Source: an uncultured Treponema sp. (GTDB lineage: Bacteria > Spirochaetota > Spirochaetia > Treponematales > Treponemataceae). From it: a stretch of 64,000 nt of DNA. The stretch is taken from assembly GCA_946186185.1 (NCBI GenBank), contig CAMHMJ010000012.1:4220-68219 (forward strand), read 5' to 3'. Both the position numbers and the translations under genes were made by a program. Position 1 is the first letter of the stretch, and every line of letters starts with the position of its first letter. Shown here one piece after another: positions 46,839 to 56,090 of the stretch. A model generated the notes under the pieces. It was given only the letters and a program-made list of their open reading frames with translations. It had not been told where the DNA came from and did no database searches.

Positions 46839-47708
46839 ATGAGCATGAAGCATCCTGATTACAATTCTCCTCAGGAATTAAAAACTTTTCTTGAACAGAA
46901 CGGCATGGCAATGCAGAAAAAATTCGGACAGAATTTTTTAATCAACGAAGCGGCAAGAAAAAGAATCGCTGATGCTCTGGATTTGAAGGAAGGAATGACC
47001 GTCTGGGAAGTAGGACCAGGACTTGGTTCCATGACGGAAGAAATACTTAAAAGGGGAGCCCGTCTTACTGTTTTTGAAATCGACAGGGGCTTTGCTTCCT
47101 TATTAAAAGAGTTTTATGCAGACTACATTGAAAAAGGCATGCTCAAAATCGTTGAAGGGGATGTCTTAAAAAACTGGAAACGAATCTACGAGGAAGAGGG
47201 CTGCCCGGCACGCTTTTTCGGAAACCTTCCGTATAACATTGCCGCAACCCTGATTGCAGAAACAATTGAAAATTCAGTCCGATTTGAAAAATGCGTATTC
47301 ACGGTACAGAAAGAAGTTGCCGTACGCGCCATGGCAAAATGCTCCAGCGAAGAATATTCGTCTTTTTCCGTTTTATGTCAGTGGGCCTACAACCTTTCTT
47401 CCGTAATGGATTTAACCGGCGGCAATTTCTGGCCAAAACCAAATGTAGATTCCCGCTGTTTTAACATGACACCAAACCCTTCTTTCCCGGGATGTAAAAA
47501 TCCTCTGCTTTTTTCAAAGCTTCAGAGGGCACTCTTTTCATCCAGAAGAAAGAACGTAAAAAATAATTTGACCCAGTTTTTGTCCTCCCAGGAAAAAGCT
47601 GTAAACGCCCTGGAAAAAGCAGGAATCCCGGCTGAAAAAAGGGCAGAGGCTCTTCCCATCGAGGACATCCTGAGATTGTCCGATATCCTCAATGATGATA
47701 CAATGTAG
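46839..47708 (+). CDS. rsmA: 16S rRNA (adenine1518/1519-N6)-dimethyltransferase
   Basis: KKFGQNFLINEAARKRI, VWEVGPGLGSMT and FGNLPYNIA motifs. Confidence 0.93.
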   Translation: MSMKHPDYNSPQELKTFLEQNGMAMQKKFGQNFLINEAARKRIADALDLKEGMTVWEVGPGLGSMTEEILKRGARLTVFEIDRGFASLLKEFYADYIEKGMLKIVEGDVLKNWKRIYEEEGCPARFFGNLPYNIAATLIAETIENSVRFEKCVFTVQKEVAVRAMAKCSSEEYSSFSVLCQWAYNLSSVMDLTGGNFWPKPNVDSRCFNMTPNPSFPGCKNPLLFSKLQRALFSSRRKNVKNNLTQFLSSQEKAVNALEKAGIPAEKRAEALPIEDILRLSDILNDDTM

Positions 47709-47740
47709 AAGCAAAGACTAGCGAAAAAGCAAGGTAAAAA

Positions 47741-48487
47741 ATGGAAGATAATCAGGTGCAGGTGAATAACCAGATAAAAGAGCGGCTTGAAAAAGTCTTA
47801 CTTGATATAAAAAATGCAGAACTCTCAAGCGGAAGAAAAGAAGGAAGCGTTAAGCTTGTTGCTGTCAGTAAATTTAATCCGGCAGAAAGCGTTTTAAGTG
47901 CAGTAAAAGCCGGACAGTTTTTATTCGGCGAAAACCGGGTTCAGGAAGCTGTTTCAAAATTCACAGAAATCCGGGAAAAAATTGGAAGCAGGGAAAACCA
48001 GAAGCTTAAGCTTCAGATAATTGGAAAGCTTCAGTCAAACAAGGTAAAAAAAGCCTGCATGATTTCTGATACAATTGCATCCGTTGATTCTTTACAGCTG
48101 ATTAAAGAAATTAACCGCCATGCAGAAAGCCTGAATAAAAAAATTGAAATTCTTCTTGAGCTTCATACAGGTGAAGATACAAAATCCGGCTTTGGAAATG
48201 AAAAAGTGCTTTTTGAAGCACTGGAGTACCTTTCAAACAATAATGCTCCTAACGTTCTTCCTTCAGGGCTTATGACAATGGCGCCTTTTACCTCGGATGA
48301 AAAAATTATCCGGAACTCTTTTGTTACCCTCAGAAAAACACTGGAAAAAGCAAAGATAGAATTCCCGAACCTGAAGCTTACAGAACTTTCTATGGGAATG
48401 TCCTCTGACTACAAAATCGCCATTGAAGAAGGTTCAACACAGGTGCGAATCGGAACGGCAATTTTCGGCGAAAGGATTTATACTTAA
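47741..48487 (+). CDS. yggS: YggS-family pyridoxal-phosphate-binding homeostasis protein
   Basis: LVAVSKF (PLP lysine), FGENRVQEA, IGKLQSNKVKK and LSMGMSSDY motifs. Confidence 0.9.
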   Translation: MEDNQVQVNNQIKERLEKVLLDIKNAELSSGRKEGSVKLVAVSKFNPAESVLSAVKAGQFLFGENRVQEAVSKFTEIREKIGSRENQKLKLQIIGKLQSNKVKKACMISDTIASVDSLQLIKEINRHAESLNKKIEILLELHTGEDTKSGFGNEKVLFEALEYLSNNNAPNVLPSGLMTMAPFTSDEKIIRNSFVTLRKTLEKAKIEFPNLKLTELSMGMSSDYKIAIEEGSTQVRIGTAIFGERIYT

Positions 48488-48489
48488 AA

Positions 48490-49065
48490 ATGAAAAAAAA
48501 GTCTGTATTTCTGTTTCTTTTATTTTCTTTACTCGTTAATACCCTGGGCTTTGGGGCAAGCACAACAGACTCTCATACTCCGGAACCTTATGCACCGGAT
48601 GAATTTCCTTCCTGGCTGAAAGACCTTAGACGGGCTGAAATCATTACCCTTGGTGCAATGCCTTTTATTACTTTTAACGTTACCCTGGGCTTCTGGGCAA
48701 TCAATGGCTTTGACGACGCTCACAGTCCTTTTGACGGAACCACGGAATCAGGAATTACAAAATACACAAACAGCCAGACTGTGGGAATTCTTTTGACTTC
48801 CCTTGGAATTTCAGCCGGAATCGGAATTTCAGACTTTCTCGTTCACCTGTTAAAAACACAGAATATTACAAACAAGAACAAGAAAAAAATGGGAAATATA
48901 AATATTGAATCAGTTACTGATGATCCGGATGCAGTAAAAATTCCCCTTCCGGGCAATTCTGAAAACCCTGAAATCTCAGAAAACCAATCAGACCCAGCTG
49001 ATTACTTAAAATCTGAAAAAAGTGTCAATTCAAAAAATCCGGAGAAAAAAAATGCCGGAAATTAA
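48490..49065 (+). CDS. Hypothetical membrane protein
   Basis: Signal/anchor sequence plus two internal hydrophobic helices and a low-complexity C-terminus. No family recognised. Confidence 0.55.
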   Translation: MKKKSVFLFLLFSLLVNTLGFGASTTDSHTPEPYAPDEFPSWLKDLRRAEIITLGAMPFITFNVTLGFWAINGFDDAHSPFDGTTESGITKYTNSQTVGILLTSLGISAGIGISDFLVHLLKTQNITNKNKKKMGNINIESVTDDPDAVKIPLPGNSENPEISENQSDPADYLKSEKSVNSKNPEKKNAGN

Positions 49066-50047
49066 ACACTCCGTTCCCTCTGATTACAGTCTTGGAGAGC
49101 GTCTTGATGTCTACATCTCAAAACTCGATGAGAACATGAACCGTTCCAAACTGAAGGCAACTGCACAGGAGATTCTTGTAAACGGAAAAAATGCAAAGCT
49201 TTCCTACAAGCTTAAGGCAAAGGATAAAATTGAAATCTTCTGGCTGGATTCAGTACCGGATTATATCGAGCCGGAAAACATTCCCCTGAATATTATTTAT
49301 GAAGATAATAATGTAACAATCGTCAATAAAAAGCAGGGGATGGTAACTCATCCTGCCTGCGGAAACTGGAGCGGAACTCTGGTTAATGCCCTTCTTTTTC
49401 ACTGGAATCTTTCAAGCATAGAACAGAAAAAAGAGGGTGGAACCAACGAAATCTTAAAGCAGCGGCGCCCGGGCATTGTTCACCGGCTAGATAAGGACAC
49501 CAGCGGAATAATAATTACGGCAAAAAACCGGGAAACGGAAGAATATCTTGGGTATCAGTTCAAGGAGCGGCTTTTACAGAAAGAATACATCTGCATTGTT
49601 CAGGGCCGTCCTCCGGCAAGAAGCGGTGATATCCGAACTCAGATTTTCCGGGATCCCAAAAACCGTAAAAAGTTCAAAGCAGACCCCACAGTTAAGGAAG
49701 GTAAGTCATCCCGCTCAATTTATCACTGCATTGCCTGCTACGGTCCCTATTCAATTATGAGGGTTCGAATTAAAACCGGAAGAACCCACCAGATAAGGGT
49801 TCACATGCGCTATATCGGCTGCCCGATTTTAGGAGACAGCCTGTACGGCAGAAAGGATGAACTTTTCCCGGAAGCAACACTGATGCTTCACTCAAGGCAG
49901 ATGATTCTAAAGCTGCCGGATTCAAAAAAGTATCACAGATTTAAGGCCAGCATTCCGGGTCGGTTTAAGAAAACCGTCAGCGTATTGCGAAAAAAATATC
50001 CCCGGGAAGAGCTTCCAAAAATAAAGGGTAAATATGGAAAGAAATGA
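49052..50047 (+). CDS. rluD: RluD-type 23S rRNA pseudouridine synthase (S4 domain plus RluA catalytic domain)
   Basis: ERLDVYISK S4 region, HRLDKDTSGIIITAKN, and GRTHQIRVHMRYIGCPILGDSLYG. The start is set at the internal ATG 49052 (MPEIKH). Confidence 0.85.
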   Translation: MPEIKHSVPSDYSLGERLDVYISKLDENMNRSKLKATAQEILVNGKNAKLSYKLKAKDKIEIFWLDSVPDYIEPENIPLNIIYEDNNVTIVNKKQGMVTHPACGNWSGTLVNALLFHWNLSSIEQKKEGGTNEILKQRRPGIVHRLDKDTSGIIITAKNRETEEYLGYQFKERLLQKEYICIVQGRPPARSGDIRTQIFRDPKNRKKFKADPTVKEGKSSRSIYHCIACYGPYSIMRVRIKTGRTHQIRVHMRYIGCPILGDSLYGRKDELFPEATLMLHSRQMILKLPDSKKYHRFKASIPGRFKKTVSVLRKKYPREELPKIKGKYGKK

Positions 50048-50888
50048 GGATTTTATTCAGCTTATTCATCTTCCATCCGAAAAAGAGCCCTTTGTTGTAA
50101 TCAAAAAAAGTGCAGGTTTACCCTCGGCACCCCTGTCGGAAGAAGATACAAACAACGCCTTTTATTTTGCCGCAAAAGCCTTTCCAAAGCTTCTTGAAGT
50201 GAAGGGGATAAAAGCCTGTGAGCACGGTCTTTTACACCGGCTGGACACAAGAACGGAAGGTCTTTTACTTATTGCTTTAACCCAGGATTTCTATGACTAT
50301 ATGCTTAAGGAACAGCAGGAAGGCCGGTTTCTAAAAAAATACAGGGCAGAATGTTCAATCTGTAAAGAAAATGCAGAACTGCTTGGAGGCTATCCACTGT
50401 TTAAGAGAATTGATAAAATTCATAACGATGGATTTTTTAATGGCGGGACACGGCGGACAGGAGAAGTTTGCAATACCCACGCAAAAAATGCAAAATCAGA
50501 ATACCCGGAGGATATCATTGTTGCTTCCTACTTCAGAAACTTCGGTGAAAATCAGAAGGCAGTTCGTCCCGTTACCGAAGAATCAGGTAAGGCAGCCCTA
50601 AAAAAACTGGGAAAAAAAACGGAATATTCAACCAGAGTACATTTTCTTGAAACAAATCCCCAGAAAAAAACTGCTTTAATCGAATGCCAGATTTCAAAAG
50701 GCTACAGACATCAGGTAAGGTGTCATTTAAGCTGGCTAGGGCTACCTGTAAAAGGGGATGAACTTTATAATTTTAATGCCAGGGAACGCTTTGAAAAATC
50801 CGGCGGTCTGGAAAAACTTGAATTCTACGCTACAGGCCTTGAATTTACAAACCCGGTCACCGGAGAAACTTTGAAGTTTAAAGTATAA
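50034..50888 (+). CDS. RluA-family pseudouridine synthase (no S4 domain)
   Basis: HRLDTRTEGLLLIA catalytic motif and GYRHQVRCHLSWLGLPVKGDELY. It overlaps the rluD stop. Confidence 0.8.
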   Translation: MERNEDFIQLIHLPSEKEPFVVIKKSAGLPSAPLSEEDTNNAFYFAAKAFPKLLEVKGIKACEHGLLHRLDTRTEGLLLIALTQDFYDYMLKEQQEGRFLKKYRAECSICKENAELLGGYPLFKRIDKIHNDGFFNGGTRRTGEVCNTHAKNAKSEYPEDIIVASYFRNFGENQKAVRPVTEESGKAALKKLGKKTEYSTRVHFLETNPQKKTALIECQISKGYRHQVRCHLSWLGLPVKGDELYNFNARERFEKSGGLEKLEFYATGLEFTNPVTGETLKFKV

Positions 50889-50992
50889 TCAATTTGAAAG
50901 CGGCTGCCATTTTTCAAAATACTTTTGCTTTCAATATATAAACAATTTTTTTGAAATCCCTCCATTTCACATTTACACATTTCACTTTTTTG

Positions 50993-51020
50993 TTGACTTC
51001 TATATCAGCCGTGATAGAAT
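50993..51020 (+). promoter_or_regulatory. Candidate sigma-70 promoter with extended -10 for the HD-GYP gene
   Basis: TTGACT (50993-50998), a 16-nt spacer ending in TG, then TAGAAT (51015-51020). It lies about 30 nt upstream of the start codon. Confidence 0.5.
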
Positions 51021-51050
51021 TTAGACTGAGTTTATTGCGAGGTTTTGGTT

Positions 51051-53177
51051 ATGAATTACAGCAAACTTTTTAGATTAAAAGGAATTTCATTATTTAAACA
51101 GATTATTTTGTATGTTTGTGCAGTTTTCTTAAACATCGCTTTTAATAAACTGTGTTCAGTTTTCAATATTCCCTTATTTTTAGACTGTATCGGAACCCTC
51201 CTTGCTGCGATTTTAGGCGGATATCTTCCCGGTATTTTTGTGGGCTATATCACGAATATCATCAATTCCTTTCAGAGTCCAGAAAACGCCTATTATGCAG
51301 GCATAAGCGTATTGATTGCCGTTACAGGAACTTTTTTCTACAGAAAGAAGTTTTATGAAAGTTACTGGAAAGCTCTTCTTACAGTACCGTTTTTTGCCTT
51401 CATTGGAGGTGTGCTTGGTTCTCTTTTAACGTACCTTATGTACGGCTTTGGACTGGGAGAAGGAATTTCTGCACCCTTTGCCTTGCATCTTCTTGAAAAA
51501 GGACGGCTTTCAGTTTTTCAGGCCCAGCTTATAAGTGATGTGACAATCGATGCTGCGGATAAATTTATTACGGTTACAGTTGTTTTCCTGCTTTTAAAGA
51601 TTATACCTCAAAATATCAAGGAAAATCTGGTCCTTACAGACTGGAAACAGAGTCCCATGGTTGAGGAAGAATTAAAGCAGGTTGGAGAAACAAAAACCAG
51701 GCAGCTTGGACTAAAGAAAAAAGTTATCTGGATAATCGGTATACTGGTCAGCTTTGTGGCCTTAGTCACTTCTGCAATCAGTTTCTTTTTATACAGAAAG
51801 GTTGAAATTGAGCAGTATACCCACATGGCTAAAAATATTGCCACCCTTGTTTCCCTTACAATCGATGCAGATAAGGTTGACGAATACCTTGCAAAAGGCG
51901 GAATACCAAAAGGCTATAAGGAAATGGAATCCCGTCTTTACCGCATTAAGGAAAGTTCTCCATTTATCGAATACATTTACGTTTATAAAATTTTAGAGGA
52001 CGGCTGTCATGTTGTTTTTGACTTGGACAGCGATGAATTACCGGGAGCAAAGCTGGGAACCGTCGTTCCCTTTGAAGATTCCTTTAAACAGGTTTTGCCG
52101 GCCCTCCTGATGGGAAAACAAATTGAACCGGTTATTTCAAATGATTCCTACGGCTGGCTTTTGTCGGATTACGAGCCGGTTTTTGATTCCAATGGAAACT
52201 GCGTCTGTTACGCCTGTGCCGATATCAGTCTTGAAGATGTGCATCTGAACGGTATCGGCTTTCTTGTAAAGGTCATCTCGCTTTTTATCGGCTTTTTTAT
52301 CCTGATTCTGATGCTTTGCATCTGGTTTACCAATTTCCATGTAATTTACCCGATAGATGCTCTGACTTTTGCGGCAGAAGAATTTGCCTTCAATACAAAG
52401 GAAGCCCGGGAAGTTAGTATTGCCCGTCTTAATTCACTTTGCATTCTGACAGGTGATGAAATAGAAAATCTCTATACATCCCTTTGTGCCACCATAAAAG
52501 AAACCGTGGGTTATGTTCAGGATCTGCAGAAAAAAAATGAAGAAATTACCAAGATGCAGAACGGTCTTATCTACCTTATGGCGGATCTTGTTGAAAGCCG
52601 GGATAAGTGTACCGGAGATCATATAAAAAGAACCGCCAGCTATGTAAAACTGATTCTTGAGCTTTTAGTTGAAAACAACATGTTTTCCGACCTGATTACT
52701 CCAAAATACATTTTTAATGTCTGTGCTTCAGCTCCGCTCCATGATGTAGGAAAGATCAATGTTTCGGACTCGATTCTGAATAAACCGGGAAAGCTTACTG
52801 AAGAAGAATTTGAACAGATGAAAATGCATACTACTGCCGGTAAGAAAATTATTGAAGGCGCAATGCAGCTGACCGCAGACTCCGGCTACCTGAATGAAGC
52901 TTTGAACCTCGCTCTTTATCATCACGAAAAATGGGACGGTACCGGTTATCCTCAGGGCCTTAAGGCTGAAGAAATACCGCTTTCAGCACGAATCATGGCC
53001 GTAAGCGATGTTTTTGACGCCCTTGTTTCCAGCCGAAGCTACAAAGAACCTTTCTCCTTCGATAAGGCTATGGAAATCATAAAAGAAGGCGCCGGAAAGC
53101 ATTTTGACCCGGTTATTGCAAACCTCTTTTATGAAAATAGAGACAAGGTAAAAGAAATCTTTGAAGAGAAGGTATAG
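51051..53177 (+). CDS. Membrane sensor protein with C-terminal HD-GYP c-di-GMP phosphodiesterase domain
   Basis: APLHDVGKI, HHEKWDGTGYPQGL and VSDVFDALVSSRSYK motifs. The N-terminal multi-TM region and periplasmic-type domain are followed by a further TM helix. ATG 51051 (GAGG upstream) is preferred over the TTG 51045 used by the track. Confidence 0.88.
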   Translation: MNYSKLFRLKGISLFKQIILYVCAVFLNIAFNKLCSVFNIPLFLDCIGTLLAAILGGYLPGIFVGYITNIINSFQSPENAYYAGISVLIAVTGTFFYRKKFYESYWKALLTVPFFAFIGGVLGSLLTYLMYGFGLGEGISAPFALHLLEKGRLSVFQAQLISDVTIDAADKFITVTVVFLLLKIIPQNIKENLVLTDWKQSPMVEEELKQVGETKTRQLGLKKKVIWIIGILVSFVALVTSAISFFLYRKVEIEQYTHMAKNIATLVSLTIDADKVDEYLAKGGIPKGYKEMESRLYRIKESSPFIEYIYVYKILEDGCHVVFDLDSDELPGAKLGTVVPFEDSFKQVLPALLMGKQIEPVISNDSYGWLLSDYEPVFDSNGNCVCYACADISLEDVHLNGIGFLVKVISLFIGFFILILMLCIWFTNFHVIYPIDALTFAAEEFAFNTKEAREVSIARLNSLCILTGDEIENLYTSLCATIKETVGYVQDLQKKNEEITKMQNGLIYLMADLVESRDKCTGDHIKRTASYVKLILELLVENNMFSDLITPKYIFNVCASAPLHDVGKINVSDSILNKPGKLTEEEFEQMKMHTTAGKKIIEGAMQLTADSGYLNEALNLALYHHEKWDGTGYPQGLKAEEIPLSARIMAVSDVFDALVSSRSYKEPFSFDKAMEIIKEGAGKHFDPVIANLFYENRDKVKEIFEEKV

Positions 53178-53220
53178 CAGAAATAATTTTAAAACGCCCA
53201 TATTTCTGTTTAAAAAATTG

Positions 53221-53250
53221 AAGGGACTACCAGAATCGGAATAGTCCCTT
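53221..53250. terminator. Bidirectional hairpin terminator shared by the HD-GYP gene and tRNA-Leu
   Basis: AAGGGACTA (53221-53229) pairs with TAGTCCCTT (53242-53250), a 9-bp perfect stem with A/T-rich flanks. Confidence 0.6.
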
Positions 53251-53268
53251 GTTATTCTTCTATTGTAC

Positions 53269-53352
53269 TACCCGGCACGAGATTTGAACTCGCAAGGAAT
53301 TGCTTCCACCTGGACCTGAACCAGGCGCGTCTACCAGTTTCGCCAACCGGGC
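53269..53352 (-). tRNA. tRNA-Leu (anticodon CAG), class II with long variable arm
   Basis: The reverse complement reads GCCCGGT TG GCG AAACTGGTAGA CGC G CCTGG TTCAGGT CCAGG TGGAAGCAATTCCTT GCGAG TTCAAAT CTCGT GCCGGGT A, 84 nt. My fold puts G-U pairs at both ends of the acceptor stem, so the ends could be off by 1-2 nt. Confidence 0.85.
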
Positions 53353-53368
53353 AAAAAATCGTTATAAC

Positions 53369-53397
53369 AATATATACTATTATACCGTTATGGTCAA
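53369..53397 (-). promoter_or_regulatory. Sigma-70-type promoter for tRNA-Leu
   Basis: The minus strand reads TTGACC (53392-53397), a 17-nt spacer, then TATATT (53369-53374), ending 16 nt upstream of tRNA position 1. Confidence 0.5.
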
Positions 53398-53481
53398 GGT
53401 AACAATTAAAACATCCTGGCTTTTTTTATAAAAAAATGCTTTAAAGTGCTTTATAAACTGAATAAATATTTAGTTTTCCAA

Positions 53482-53853
53482 CTATTTAATACAACTGTAA
53501 ACAGCAAAAAGAACGCCGAATAAAACGACCGCCGTAAAAATATAAATCCATACGGGAAGGGAAGATGAGTCTTCTCTGTTTGAAACACCTTTTCCGGAGC
53601 TTCTGAAACCAGAAAAGCGACCAGAAGAAATACTCGAAGAACCTTCAGACGCACCGGCTGATTTAGAACTTTTTCCAACCGCATAGCCACATTTAGGGCA
53701 GCCGTCGGCAAAATCGTCATGGTTTCCGATTGCGCCGCACTGAGGACATCTTACAGAAATAAAAAACTTCCCGCAAACCTTGCAGACCTTTGCATTTTCA
53801 GGAACTTCAGAACCGCAGTTTTCACAGAAAAATTTTGCCTTATTAGTTTTCAT
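53482..53853 (-). CDS. Double zinc-ribbon protein with Ser/Gly-rich linker and C-terminal TM anchor
   Basis: CENCG..CKVCG and CPQCG..CPKCG pairs, then a low-complexity S/G linker and the helix LPVWIYIFTAVVLFGVLFAVY. An 11-nt overlap with the upstream gene. Confidence 0.7.
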   Translation of the reverse strand: MKTNKAKFFCENCGSEVPENAKVCKVCGKFFISVRCPQCGAIGNHDDFADGCPKCGYAVGKSSKSAGASEGSSSISSGRFSGFRSSGKGVSNREDSSSLPVWIYIFTAVVLFGVLFAVYSCIK

Positions 53854-55096
53854 AATATTTCAAAATCCTTTTTAAAAGTGAACCTACAAGTTCCTTACAT
53901 TCTGACTGAGTTTTAGGAAGCTTTTCCTCAAGGGAGGCTTCGCTGTAGAATAAATTGTCTACACTGGAAATACTGTAATCATTTTCTTCAAGACCAAACA
54001 GATTATCTACAGAGTAGATGGAATATTCATTCTGAATATCTTCTTCTGTAATTCTGCGCTGCAAATTAGCAGAAAAAACATTTTGAATTTCATGAAGAAG
54101 AGCCGGGTCCTTCTGAGTAACCTCTTCATCCGGATTTTTTGAACCGATTATAGCAGATACAGTCGGGATTTCATCTTCAAGAAGGATTTCTTCTTCCATG
54201 GAAGCAGTTGTTTCATTAATACTTTCTTCAGAAGTTTCTTCAACTGTTCCGAAAGCCCCTGCCATAGCTGAATCTGAGACAGATTCTTTAGCCTCAACTT
54301 CACTTAATTCTTCGGTGCATTCCTCACTTAATTCTTCAGAATTGATTTCACTCAATTCTTCAACATATTCTTCAGCAGGAGCTTCATCATAATCTTCAAT
54401 TACAATGTCTTCACCGAATTCTTCATATTCTTCCATACCATCAAGAAGATTATCTACAGTATAAAGTTCATCGTTCAGAACAATAAGATTATCTACATTG
54501 TACAGGGGGAAATCATAATCCGAATCAGTTTTTAAAAGATTATCAACCGAAAAAAGAGAGGTTTTATCAGCAGCAGATTCAGTAACTGGTTCGTTTTCAA
54601 ACAGATTATCAACAGAATACAAAGCGTCCTCGCAGGGAGTATCATTGTTTATCAGATTATCTACAGTATAAAGGCTAAATGAATCATCCATAATTTCTGT
54701 TTCTCCCTGTGTTGTGTTTTTCTGCGGTACATTTTTTATAATTGAAATAAAGTCTTCCTGGAGCTGCCGGGGAGTTTTGTTTTCGTCCCGCAGGATTCCG
54801 GAAACCTTTAATGCTTTTGACTTTTCTAAATCTTCTTCACTAAAATCCTTCGGAACAAAAAGGATGATCTTTACATTTTTGCTGAAAAGAGAAGACAAGG
54901 TATACTGGCAGAGAACCTTCCAGTGTCGTGGAAAATCCTCTGCATTTATAATTATAATTTCCGGAGAAACTTCTTCGATATTATCCAGAGCCTTCATAAA
55001 CCACTTGTAGTGAATAATTTCATTTTCAGAAATTTTCACTGCATTTATCAAAGCTTGTGTTTTTTCTTTGTTCTCAGAAATTATAAGTACCTTCAT
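53843..55096 (-). CDS. Pseudo-receiver (CheY-like fold without phospho-acceptor Asp) protein with an acidic linker carrying seven [LI][YFS]xVDNL[ILF] repeats
   Basis: The N-terminus MKVLIISENKE...EIIIINAEDFP resembles a receiver domain, but it reads SE where the acidic DD pair sits and N where the phospho-Asp sits. Repeats: LYTVDNLI, LYSVDNLF, LFSVDNLL, LYNVDNLI, LYTVDNLL, IYSVDNLF, ISSVDNLF, plus four EELSE repeats. Confidence 0.7.
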   Translation of the reverse strand: MKVLIISENKEKTQALINAVKISENEIIHYKWFMKALDNIEEVSPEIIIINAEDFPRHWKVLCQYTLSSLFSKNVKIILFVPKDFSEEDLEKSKALKVSGILRDENKTPRQLQEDFISIIKNVPQKNTTQGETEIMDDSFSLYTVDNLINNDTPCEDALYSVDNLFENEPVTESAADKTSLFSVDNLLKTDSDYDFPLYNVDNLIVLNDELYTVDNLLDGMEEYEEFGEDIVIEDYDEAPAEEYVEELSEINSEELSEECTEELSEVEAKESVSDSAMAGAFGTVEETSEESINETTASMEEEILLEDEIPTVSAIIGSKNPDEEVTQKDPALLHEIQNVFSANLQRRITEEDIQNEYSIYSVDNLFGLEENDYSISSVDNLFYSEASLEEKLPKTQSECKELVGSLLKRILKYYEN

Positions 55097-56067
55097 TATT
55101 CAGTTCCCAAGTTAGTTACGGTATAATCATAAATCTGCCAGATTCCTTCTCGCTGACGAACCTTGTATACATATTTCTTCTTTTCATGGAAGTTCGGATA
55201 TTTGAACCATTCGGTAACGGTTACGGATCCCTTTGTCTGAGTGTAAACAGTCTGTTCAATCTGGAATTTTTCAGGGATTGCAACAATGTCACCGTCAATT
55301 TTTGAATCCATCAAATCGGTTTTGTACTGCTCCAGCATTCTTATCTTGTCGTCTGCTGAAACCTGACTGAACTTTCGTTTTGCGCTGCTGGTTCTAAGAA
55401 GCATTGCTTCAATATCCATATAGAGGAAATACTGATCCCACAGAGATTTCTGGCGGGCAATAATAGTCTGTTCAACAACCTTGTCCGGAGAGATTTCTTC
55501 AGGCTTCAAAAGTTCTGCAGTTTTTGCCTTTACAGGAAGAACCGTAGAAGAAGCAGCCGAAGGAGAAGGGCGAACTTCCATTGTAAGTCTGTTTGAAGTA
55601 AGTTCAATATACTTTGATTTATAAAGCTCCGGATAAAGCTTTAATTCGATGTAATATATGGAAGGTTCCGGAATATCAACATAGTCTTTTAAGTTTTCTA
55701 CAAAAGAATACTCCTCACCGGTTTCAAGAGCAATTTCCCTGAAATATACAGTCTGATTTGTAGTTCTTTTACGGATAAGGCGTTCAGTCTGTTCAAGCTT
55801 TGTATTTTTTAGGGTATAAGCATTGAAATCAACACTGAACATTCTGTCGTCTGCAAGCTTAAAACGGAGAGTTTCCGGAGAATTATTCTTAATCGAAATA
55901 TGCACGAAAACCGGATTTGAATCAGCATCTCCCGGGTAGTACATTGTTCTGTCATAATATTTTATAAAAACACTTGCTCCCTCAAAAGTCTTACTGTTAC
56001 TTTGAGAATAAAGCAGGTCGCCAAAAAGGAAAAAAATTGATATAATGAATAAAATTTTTCTTTTCAT
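55096..56067 (-). CDS. Hypothetical secreted/periplasmic protein
   Basis: Signal peptide MKRKILFIISIFFLFGDLLYSQ. The stop overlaps the downstream start (TAATG). No family recognised. Confidence 0.65.
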   Translation of the reverse strand: MKRKILFIISIFFLFGDLLYSQSNSKTFEGASVFIKYYDRTMYYPGDADSNPVFVHISIKNNSPETLRFKLADDRMFSVDFNAYTLKNTKLEQTERLIRKRTTNQTVYFREIALETGEEYSFVENLKDYVDIPEPSIYYIELKLYPELYKSKYIELTSNRLTMEVRPSPSAASSTVLPVKAKTAELLKPEEISPDKVVEQTIIARQKSLWDQYFLYMDIEAMLLRTSSAKRKFSQVSADDKIRMLEQYKTDLMDSKIDGDIVAIPEKFQIEQTVYTQTKGSVTVTEWFKYPNFHEKKKYVYKVRQREGIWQIYDYTVTNLGTE

Positions 56068-56090
56068 ATTTATATTATCGGTTTAAAACT

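Noticed and set aside
54198-54392. 64-aa plus-strand Ser-rich ORF
   Set aside because: It is antisense to the acidic EELSE-repeat region of the pseudo-receiver gene; Ser codons are the complement of Glu/Leu codons.
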